Source: an uncultured Gemmatimonadota bacterium
GTDB lineage: Bacteria; JAAXHH01
Direction: 5' to 3'
NCBI GenBank assembly: GCA_951812955.1
Contig: OX638340.1
Coordinates: forward strand, 2,080,001 to 2,144,000
Length of the DNA stretch: 64,000 bases
In this document: piece after piece, positions 1-8,700 of the stretch
Position numbering within the stretch: position 1 is the stretch's first letter
Layout: the number at the start of each line of letters is the position of its first letter
The notes under the pieces: model-generated
What the model was told of the DNA's origin: nothing
The model's database searches: none
The model's input: only the letters and a program-made list of their open reading frames with translations
Translations under genes and position numbers: made by a program

Positions 1-2057
1 TAGTAGAACACGTCATCCTGCTCTTCGTACATGCGCCGGATACCTTCTTCGATAATCACCGCCAGCTCGTACCCATAGGCCGGATCGTAGGCCAGCAGGT
101 TCGGCACCGGGTAGGCCAGCAGGTGGCTGTTTCCGTCCTGGTGCTGGAGCCCCTCGCCCGCCAGCGTGGTGCGGCCCGACGTTGCGCCGACGAGGAAACC
201 CTTGCAGCGCATGTCGCCCGCGGACCAGACCAGGTCGCCGACGCGCTGCAGCCCGAACATGGAATAGTAGATGAAGAAGGGGATGGTGTTGATGTCGTAG
301 GTGGCGTAGGCCGTTCCGGCGGCGATGAAGGATGACATGGCGCCAGCTTCCGAGATGCCCTCTTCCAGCAACTGGCCGTCCTTCGACTCGCGGTAGTACA
401 GGAGCGTTTCGCTGTCCACCGGGTCGTAGAGCTGTCCCACCGGGGAGTAGATGCCGGACTGCCGGAACAGGGCCTCCATGCCGAAGGTCCTCGCCTCGTC
501 GGGCACGATGGGTACGATGAGGTTCCCGATCTCCTTGTCCCGCATCAGGTCCGACAGGATATTGACGAAGGCCATGGTCGTCGACACCTGCCGGTCGGTC
601 CCCTCGTAGTACTTGCTGTACTTGTCCTGTTTCGGTACGCGCAGCGGCGTGAAGGTCGTTCTCCGTGACGGTACGTATCCGCCGAGTTCCCTGCGCCGTT
701 CGTGCAGGTATCGAATCTCCTCGCTGTCCTCGGACGGCTTGTAGAAGGGCACTTCGGCCACGTCTTCGTCGGAAATCGGGATCCGGAATCGGTCCCGGAA
801 GGCCAGCAGGTCGCTGTCTTCCATCTTCTTGATCTGGTGCGTGGCATTGGCTCCCTGCCCGCTGTCTCCCATTCCGTATCCCTTGATCGTCTTCATCAGG
901 ATGACCGTCGGCGCGCCTTCGGTTTCCACGGCCGCCTTGTAGGCATGGTAGACTTTGAGCGGATCGTGGCCCCCCCGCCGCAGGTGCTGCAGCTGGGAAT
1001 CGGAGAGATGCTCCACCATCTTCTTGAGATCGGGATGGACGCCGAAGAACTTGTTCCGGATATACTCGCCCGATGCCATGCTGTACTTCTGGTACTGGCC
1101 GTCCACCGTCTCGTGCATGCGGTTCACGAGGAGTCCGTCGCCGTCCTTCTCCAGGAGGGGATCCCAGTCGCTGCCCCAGATGCACTTGATCACGTTCCAT
1201 CCCGCGCCGCGGAAGATGGCTTCCAGTTCCTGGATGATCTTGTGGTTGCCCCGTACCGGACCGTCGAGCCGCTGCAGGTTGCAGTTGATGACGAAGACCA
1301 GGTTGTCGAGCTGTTCCAGGACCGGCACGGTGATAGCGCCGAGGGACTCGGGTTCGTCCATCTCTCCGTCGCCCATCATGACCCAGACCTTGGAATCGCT
1401 CGGTTTCTTGATCCCCCGGTTCTCCAGGTATTTCATGAAACGGGCCTGGTAGATGCCGGTGATGGCGCCGAGGCCCATGGATACCGTGGGGAATTCCCAG
1501 AAGTCCGGCATCAGCCATGGATGGGGATAAGAAGACAGGCCGGGCGGGTTCACCTCGTGGCGGAAGTTCTTGAGCTGATCTTCGGAGATGCGTCCTTCCA
1601 GGTAGGCTCGCGCGTAGATACCCGGCGCGGCGTGGCCCTGGACGAAAAGCAGGTCGCCCTCGTGGCTCCCGTTACGGTTGCGGAAGAAGTGGTTGAATCC
1701 CACCTCGTAGAGCGTCGCGGAAGACGCGAAGGTGGAGATGTGGCCGCCGATGGAACCATCGGCCCGGTTGGCCCGGACCACCATGGCCAGCGCGTTCCAG
1801 CGCACGATGTTCTTGATGCGCCGTTCCAGATCGCGGTCGCCGGGATAGGGGTCCTGCAGTTCTACGGGGATTGAGTTTACATAGGGCGTATTGGCTGAGA
1901 AAGGAAGGCGCACACCCGATTCGGCGGCGCGGGACTCCAGCGCCGCGAGAATGCGGCGAGTCCGCTCCGGGTCGCCCTGCTTAATGACGTACTCGATCGA
2001 TTCGAGCCACTCGTGGAGTTCCAGCGATGCTACATCGGGTTCCACGTCCGTTGTCAT
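1..2057 (-). CDS. aceE: Pyruvate dehydrogenase E1 component, homodimeric type (N-terminal ~685 aa; C-terminus outside window)
   Basis: Reverse translation from ATG at 2057-2055 gives MTTDVEPDVASLELHEWLESIEYVIKQGD..YVNSIPVELQDPYPGDRDLERRI..GGHISTFASSATLYEVGFNHFFR..LSSYPHPWLMPDFWEFPTVSMGLG, collinear with the E. coli AceE N-terminus. The same frame is still open at bases 3-59 (VIIEEGIRRMYEEQDDVFY, matching the AceE internal ERMYGEKQENVYYY region). Absent from the ORF track because there is no in-window stop; the track ORF 13..1518 is a wrong-frame shadow. Confidence 0.85.
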   Translation of the reverse strand, partial: MTTDVEPDVASLELHEWLESIEYVIKQGDPERTRRILAALESRAAESGVRLPFSANTPYVNSIPVELQDPYPGDRDLERRIKNIVRWNALAMVVRANRADGSIGGHISTFASSATLYEVGFNHFFRNRNGSHEGDLLFVQGHAAPGIYARAYLEGRISEDQLKNFRHEVNPPGLSSYPHPWLMPDFWEFPTVSMGLGAITGIYQARFMKYLENRGIKKPSDSKVWVMMGDGEMDEPESLGAITVPVLEQLDNLVFVINCNLQRLDGPVRGNHKIIQELEAIFRGAGWNVIKCIWGSDWDPLLEKDGDGLLVNRMHETVDGQYQKYSMASGEYIRNKFFGVHPDLKKMVEHLSDSQLQHLRRGGHDPLKVYHAYKAAVETEGAPTVILMKTIKGYGMGDSGQGANATHQIKKMEDSDLLAFRDRFRIPISDEDVAEVPFYKPSEDSEEIRYLHERRRELGGYVPSRRTTFTPLRVPKQDKYSKYYEGTDRQVSTTMAFVNILSDLMRDKEIGNLIVPIVPDEARTFGMEALFRQSGIYSPVGQLYDPVDSETLLYYRESKDGQLLEEGISEAGAMSSFIAAGTAYATYDINTIPFFIYYSMFGLQRVGDLVWSAGDMRCKGFLVGATSGRTTLAGEGLQHQDGNSHLLAYPVPNLLAYDPAYGYELAVIIEEGIRRMYEEQDDVFY

Positions 2058-2170
2058 CAAATTTCCCCTGGGTGCATCACGATCGGGCTTTCGCCCTTTA
2101 TCCATTCGAAAACATCGACACAAAATAGGGGCGTGGCAGGCCTTCTGTCAATCATTATATTGTTTGGGAG

Positions 2171-2310
2171 CGCGTCCCGGACCCCTTGCGGAAAGGCGTC
2201 CCGGACCCCTTCCCGGAAACGCGTCCGGGATGCCCCTGGCGCAGTGCCCGGAGTACCCTTGGCGCGGTGCCCGGAGTATGCTTCGGCGCAGTGCCCGGGA
2301 TTCCACCTGG
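2171..2310. repeat. Degenerate tandem direct repeats in the aceE / aldolase divergent intergenic region (2x gcgtcccggacccctt..cggaaa, 3x gcRgtgcccggRRt)
   Basis: Direct reading of 2171-2310; the repeats lie between two divergently transcribed genes. Confidence 0.6.
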
Positions 2311-2360
2311 AGAAGTGCGCAGGCAGTCCTCGAAGAGCGATGAAAACCTGGGAGGTTGGC

Positions 2361-3260
2361 ATGAGAAGCGACGGCTGGCACGGCATATTCACCATACCGC
2401 AGACGTCCTTTACAGAAGATGGCGCGCTGGACGAGGAGGGGCTGCGGAGGCAGATCGATTTCTGCGTGGAAGTGGGCGCCCACGGCGTCGTCTATCCCGT
2501 CATGGTGAGCGAGTTCTGGCTGCTGTCGGACGACGAGCGCAAACGGGTCGTAGACGTGGCCGTGGAACAGGTGGACGGCCGCATCCCCATGATCGCGGGT
2601 GTGGCGGGGGTGAGTACCGAAGTCGCCGTGACGTTCAGTTGCCACGCGCGCGAGGCCGGCGCCGACGGCGCGATCGCCCTGCCGCCCTACGTGCTCAAGC
2701 CCGGCCTGGACGGCCTGGTCGACTACTACCGGCAGGTCTCGAAGGCCGTGGGGAACCCAGTTTTCATCCAGAACTTCGATCCGCCCCTCGGATCCAGCCT
2801 TTCACCGGCATTCATCCGGGAGTTGCTGCTCGACATCCCGCACGTCAAGTACATCAAGGAAGAGATGATGCCCGCCGGTCATTCGGTGACGGCGCTGCTG
2901 GAGACCTGCGGGGACGAACTGCACGGCGTCTTCACCGGCTTCGGGGGACGCTGGTTCATCGACGAACTGAACCGCGGCGCGAGCGGCACCATGCCGGCCT
3001 GCGAGTTCACCGACGTGCTGGTCCGGCTCTACGAACGCTACCGGTCGGGCGACGTGGAAGGCGCAAGGGAGATCCATAACAGGCTCCTGCCCCTCATCAA
3101 CATCGAGAGCCTGCACGGCGTCATATTCTGCAAGGAGATCCTGAAGCGCCGCGGCCTGATCGCGTCGACGTACACGCGGGCCCCGGGGAAGCTGGACCGC
3201 CACGACCTCGCCGAAATCGACCGCCTCATCCGGGACGTGGGAGAACTGTTCCACGCCTAG
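2361..3260 (+). CDS. Dihydrodipicolinate synthase / N-acetylneuraminate lyase family class I aldolase (substrate unknown)
   Basis: ATG at 2361 with GGAGG 6 nt upstream. The 299-aa product (MRSDGWHGIFTIPQTSFTEDGALDEEGLRRQIDFCVEVGAHGVVYPVMVSEF..IAGVAG..GADGAIALPPY) fits the DapA-like TIM-barrel aldolase family. The track ORF start at 2013 lies in the repeat region and is unlikely. Confidence 0.7.
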   Translation: MRSDGWHGIFTIPQTSFTEDGALDEEGLRRQIDFCVEVGAHGVVYPVMVSEFWLLSDDERKRVVDVAVEQVDGRIPMIAGVAGVSTEVAVTFSCHAREAGADGAIALPPYVLKPGLDGLVDYYRQVSKAVGNPVFIQNFDPPLGSSLSPAFIRELLLDIPHVKYIKEEMMPAGHSVTALLETCGDELHGVFTGFGGRWFIDELNRGASGTMPACEFTDVLVRLYERYRSGDVEGAREIHNRLLPLINIESLHGVIFCKEILKRRGLIASTYTRAPGKLDRHDLAEIDRLIRDVGELFHA

Positions 3261-3330
3261 CGCGGGCGCAGGGAACGGCCATCGCGGGTTCCGACTCGCG
3301 CTTCGCGACCGACTCGCGTCCTGCGCCCCT

Positions 3331-3402
3331 TACGTCCACTCGTGCAGGGCATGTCCGCACGCAACGGCTTTTCAGCTACGCCCATTCGTGCAGGGCGTGT
3401 CC
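3331..3402. repeat. Two copies of a 26-bp sequence (tacgYccaYtcgtgcagggcRtgtcc), one inside the 3' end of the membrane-protein CDS and one just downstream
   Basis: 3331-3356 and 3377-3402 are 23/26 identical direct repeats spanning the stop of the 3376..5361 gene. Confidence 0.7.
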
Positions 3403-5361
3403 CTGGCCGGGAAACCAGATCCAGTCCACGACAAAACCCAGAAACACCCCCACGCTGTACCCCACGAGCACGCCCCAGGCAAAGGGCTGGGCCCGGCGGT
3501 AGATGGTCACCCCGCCGATCCGCATCAGCAGCATCTTGATCAGCCAGGCCAGGAACAGCGAGAACATGAGCAGGCGGGTCACGTCGGCGAAGGCCACGGT
3601 GAAGCCCACAGGTGCCAGGGGCCAGCCGGGAAACCGGTAGGTCAGGGTCGTCATGACCAGCATGATGACGCCGCCGAGAGCCATGAACAGGAACTCGGGC
3701 GGCTGTAGCTGGTCGGCGTTGCGGATCCACCGCACGATATCGTCGAAGTAGATCTCGTTGATGCCGCCGAAGGCGTCGCGCGTACCGAAGTTGTACGCGC
3801 CGATGGTCGTATTCCCGATGTAGATTGTGTACAGGACGGACGTCAGCATGCTGACAATGAAGGTGACGGTCATGAGGCCGAGAAGCCCCCGCTTGTCCAG
3901 TCGCAGGTCGGACAGTACCTTGTCGGACTGGGCGATGGTGCCGATCCCCATGCCCCGCCAGTTCCGGGCGTAGACGGATCCTAGGCCCAGGGTGGTCAGG
4001 CTCTGGGGATCGATGTTTCCCGAGCCGACGGTCAGTATGGTGAAATGGTGGGCGTTGACCGGAAGGTCCATGAAGGCCAGGCCTGTCTGTGCGATGATCC
4101 GTGCCGTGCCCAGGTACAGGATGAATAAGAACAACAGGTACACGGGCAGCATCTGCCAGGAAAGGCCCGATCCCACGAGCCAGGCCACCAGGTAGACCAG
4201 GCTGCCCGAGAATCCAAGCACGGCCACGCGATAGGACATCAACTCCGTGGCCGGACGCTCGCCGCCACGCAGGGCCTGCCGAAATACATCGGCGATCTGA
4301 GCGCGGGCAGTCCACAGGTGCCAGAATACGAATACGATGAATCCGCCGAAGAACTGGGCCTTGACCACAGCATTCACCCCCACCGGGCTGCCGGAATACT
4401 GGAGCCCGACGCGGTCCAGCAGGCCGCCTTCCAGCACGCCGCACAGGGCGAAGAACCAGAGGCTGAACGTGATCTCCAGCGGCGCCAGGAAAGCGAAGCA
4501 CAGGGCGTAGATGTTGACGCTGACCCTGATGGGATCGATGCCCTCCGCCAGGGTCATCGAACTCTGATAGAGCACGCCAATAGGTATGGGCGAAATGCCG
4601 CCCCAGAACGCGGCGATGTTCCAGATCATCAGGGCCAGGGCGGCGCCGAAGCCCACCTGGAACATGCGGTCGTACACGAAGCCGGGAAAGGTCCGTTCGG
4701 TCCGTTCGTCGTGCCGGATCAGGTCGACGGCCATCTGTACGAGGGGAAAGGAAAGCCGCTCGTGGGCCACCCAGGTCCTCCGCATGATGGTGGACATGCA
4801 TGCGCCCATGAAGAACAGCACGACGAAGAGGGTCAGCCACCAGAAGAGGGGCGGGAGCCAGGGCCCCCAGATGACGTTGCCGGCTCCTTCCGGGATTCCT
4901 TCGTAGAACCACACCAGCGTGTTGCCCTGGCCGCTGACCAGCAGCCAGTCCGGCAGATATTCGAAGAAGGTGGCCTCCCACTGGTTCTCAGGCCGCGCAA
5001 AATAATACGGCGTGGCGATGACCCCCATGAGATAAGCGACCAGGACCTTGCCCGGCACGAGGGAGGAAACGAACATCATCACGAAGACCAGGGCCAGCTC
5101 GCTTCCGCTCAGCACCCAGGCCGGTCTCCATGTTCTCAGCGCCGGGTTGACGATGAGCAGGAGGAAGAAGAAGGGGATCAGGACCGCGATGGGCAGGTGG
5201 GACATCGTCATGCGGGAGGACTGCACGAGGAAGGAGCCGAAGGGGACCCAGATGTTGATCAGGACAGCGAGGGCCAGACCCAGGACTACGGCGCGGCGGG
5301 ATATGCCGGCTGATCGCGATATACCGGGTCGCGGGATACCAATGCGCGGTTTGGTTGCCAT
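3376..5361 (-). CDS. Large polytopic inner-membrane protein of unknown function (~661 aa, >=12 predicted TM helices)
   Basis: Minus-strand ORF with many strongly hydrophobic segments (PIAVLIPFFFLLLIV.., LALVFVMMFVSSLV.., LFWWLTLFVVLFFMGA..). The overlapping ORF 3257..4981 in another frame is a GC-rich shadow. No family recognised. Confidence 0.55.
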   Translation of the reverse strand: MATKPRIGIPRPGISRSAGISRRAVVLGLALAVLINIWVPFGSFLVQSSRMTMSHLPIAVLIPFFFLLLIVNPALRTWRPAWVLSGSELALVFVMMFVSSLVPGKVLVAYLMGVIATPYYFARPENQWEATFFEYLPDWLLVSGQGNTLVWFYEGIPEGAGNVIWGPWLPPLFWWLTLFVVLFFMGACMSTIMRRTWVAHERLSFPLVQMAVDLIRHDERTERTFPGFVYDRMFQVGFGAALALMIWNIAAFWGGISPIPIGVLYQSSMTLAEGIDPIRVSVNIYALCFAFLAPLEITFSLWFFALCGVLEGGLLDRVGLQYSGSPVGVNAVVKAQFFGGFIVFVFWHLWTARAQIADVFRQALRGGERPATELMSYRVAVLGFSGSLVYLVAWLVGSGLSWQMLPVYLLFLFILYLGTARIIAQTGLAFMDLPVNAHHFTILTVGSGNIDPQSLTTLGLGSVYARNWRGMGIGTIAQSDKVLSDLRLDKRGLLGLMTVTFIVSMLTSVLYTIYIGNTTIGAYNFGTRDAFGGINEIYFDDIVRWIRNADQLQPPEFLFMALGGVIMLVMTTLTYRFPGWPLAPVGFTVAFADVTRLLMFSLFLAWLIKMLLMRIGGVTIYRRAQPFAWGVLVGYSVGVFLGFVVDWIWFPGQGHALHEWA

Positions 5362-5711
5362 GGTCTGGTACGCCGAAAGGACAAAGGAAACCGGTTTTTA
5401 GCGGTGAAAGGATTCCGGGTCTGTACGCTGAATTCAATATATCCGGTTCCCAACAGGCGGCACAACCCTAGATTTGGAACGCAAAGCCAAGGTCATGGTT
5501 TTTGCTTGAACCGGTGCTTCAACCTTTTTATATTGCTTTGTTCAAGAATGCAACGGCTCACTACGCTCGGGATGTATGCGTCTGATCGGGCCTCGCGGCA
5601 GTTCCGGGCCTTCCCATGTTAATCAGCGATGTCAAACGCGAAAGCGGCGAAATGCGCGGCTGCGAGGGTGCGGAACCGCCGGTTGCCGGATACCGACAGG
5701 GGTAGCAAGTC

Positions 5712-8700
5712 ATGTGGTCAAAGATAAAAACAGGGATCGGCATCACCATAGCACTGCTGATGTTGTCCTCGGTCACCATATTCCATCCCAAGGATATTAC
5801 CGAGAACATCCTGATGAAGCTGATCTCCCTGCCCGAACCCCAGGAGATTCAGCCCTTCCTTGGCCACGACCGTCCCCTCGAGGAGGCCCTGCGGGCGGTC
5901 AGCGCAGATTCGATCTCAAACACGGTAAAAACCCTCTCTTCCTATACTTCCCGCGTCGTGGGCTACGCCGGCGCCGATTCAGCCTACGAGTACCTGAAGG
6001 CCGAGTTTGAAGAGATCGGACTGGAGGACATCCGCACGGAGACGTTCCCGGTCACGGTGCCTATGGACAAGGGCTCGAAACTGACGGTGCTGGAGACAGG
6101 CGAGGTAATCCCGCTTCATGCCCTCTGGCCGAATCTCGTGCGCACGCCGACCACCCCCAGGGACGGCCTGACCGGCCCGATCGTCTACGGCGGCAAGGGG
6201 GAATTCGGCGAATTCAACGGGTACGACATCCAGGGCAGCGTCGTACTCATGGATTTCGACTCGCAGGACCGGTTCATCAACGCCCGGATGCTGGGCGCCA
6301 GCGCCATCGTATTCTTCGACAACGGACGGGTGACGCGGAGCGAAGCAGAACTCAAATTCATGGGGCTTCCGCTGAACGTACCCCGCTACTGGGTAGACAA
6401 GGCGCACGTACCCGGCCTGCTGGAACTTGCCGAATCCGGAACGAACCAGGTGAATGTCCAGGCCCGTATGGAATGGGAGGTCGTGGAAGGAAAGAACATC
6501 TTCGGCTGGATTCCCGGCCTTGACGAGGAAATGCCAAACGCCCGGGACGAGACCCGCACAAAATGGAAGGACTACACGATCGTCATCGAGTCCTACTATG
6601 ACGCCATGTCGGTGGTCCCGGGTCTGGCGCCCGGTGCGGAAAGCGCCACCGGCGTCGCCGCGCTGCTTGAGGTCGCCAGGGCGATGAAGCGGTACAGTCC
6701 CAAGTATTCGGTGGTCATCCTGGCCACGTCCGCTCATTTCATGGGACTGGAAGGGACGCACAACTGGTTGTACCGGCACGGCAGGGCGAGCAGTTACTTC
6801 ATGTCGAGAATCCCCGAGGAAGACAAGATCGATTTCGACATTTTCTTCGGGATCGATCTCTCAAGCCACGATTCCCGCATCGGAAGTTTCGCCTTCGGCA
6901 CCTTCGACAACGCGGCCTGGGCGACCAACCACTACATCAAGAACATCTTCGCGCCTTATTCGAGGAAATTCGCGGGCTACATCCAGGAGGCCTTCGGGGC
7001 CGGGGCGGACTCGGCCAGGTACGTCAACGCCATCGTGCCGCCGCAGCGAACCTGGAAGGACTTCATGCCCGTCAAGCTGGGGCTGGACAGCGAGGCCGTC
7101 ACGTACTTCGGCAAGAAGGGCATGTCCTTCGTCACACCGAACGGGACCCGTGGCCTGGTGGACACGCCCCAGGACCGATTCGAGTCGGTCAACATCGACA
7201 ATATCACCGAGCAGGCGCGTTCCCTCGCGGTCATGCTCGCCCGGGCCTCCACCGACGGCGAACTCTTCGAGGAGACCAAGCTCAAGATCCAGGACACGGC
7301 CCATGACATGGCGGGCACCGTTTATGAATTCGACCGGGACGTCAATTTCTTCGTCCCCAAGAAACCCATCCCCGGCGCGCTGGTCACCTACTTCAAGAGC
7401 CTGACCAATACGGGCGTGCGGGGCATCCTGATCAACAAGGCCGATTCCCTGGGCCGTTTCAACTTCCGTCCGCTGAAACAGCAGAAGGGTCCGATCAAGC
7501 TTCGGTCGTACGCCCTTGACGACGAGGGCGAGATCATCTACGCGCCGGACCTGGGCCAGGAAGGCGACAAGACCTTCCCCCTGAACGCGGCGAGCGGCGC
7601 AAACGAGAACACCACCCTCCAGATCGTTTTCCGCGCCAAGGCCCTCGACGTGTACGAGATCATCGACTCCCGTTACCTGACCGCGCTGGACCAGTTGACC
7701 GTCCTGGCGCAGAACGACGCCGAGCCCCAGTGGTACGGCCACAGTTACATTGAAAAGCAGAGCGGCTCGGAGGGTCGGACCGTGCCCGCGGCCGTCGTCT
7801 TCGCCAAGCCGGGCCAACACGTCAAGCTGCTCATGAGCACAAGCCTCTTCGGCGTCAAGTACCTGTTGACCAACGCGCCTGATTCCTTCCTGAAGGACCC
7901 CGTCGAGCCGGGCGAAGTGACTCTGGAACTCCTGGAACAGGCCCAGGGACAGGGCTACCCGATCGACCAGGGGCTGATCGTAAATCCGTCCTACCAGGGC
8001 ACGCGGGACATGTGGGTCGTGGACGACGTCCGGCTCAAGCAACTCGCGCGCTTCGGCGTGGAGAACCAGCGCATCGAGCAATTGCACGAACAGGCGCGCG
8101 TCACCCTCCTCGAGGCGGAGGAGCACCTCGCGAACAGGGAGTACGACGCCTTCATCTCCAAGTCGCGTGAGGCCTGGGGCCTCGAGGCGCGGGGCTACCC
8201 GGAGGTCAAGTCCACGGCGGACGACACGGTCAAGGGCGTGATCTTCTATTTCATCCTGCTCATCCCCTTTTCCTTCTTCATGGAACGTCTGGTCTTCGGT
8301 TTTCCGACGATCAACAAGCGGATCTTCGGTTTCTCCGTCTTCTTCATTGCGGTTTTTCTCGTGCTGCAGCTGGTACATCCCGCCTTCAAGCTCAGCACGT
8401 CGCCCTACGTCATCTTCCTGGCCTTCGTCATCTTCGCGCTGGGGACGACCGTGCTCATCATCGTCCTGTCGAAGTTCAACCAGGAAGTACAGAAGATCAA
8501 GCGCGCGCAGACCGGCATGCACGAGGCCGACATCGGCCGGTTGAGCGCCACGGCCGTAGCCCTGTCGCTGGGCGTTTCCAATCTGCGCAAGCGAAAGGTC
8601 CGCACGGCCCTCACGGCGGCCACCATCACGCTGCTCACTTTTACCGTGCTGTCCTTCACGTCCATCACGACGTCGCTGAGATACTACAAGCTGGAACGGT

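Noticed and set aside
13-1518. 501-aa minus-strand track ORF, and the plus-strand ORF 702..1874
   Set aside because: Both are wrong-frame shadows of aceE. The true aceE frame (ATG 2057 to the window edge) has no in-window stop and so is missing from the track.
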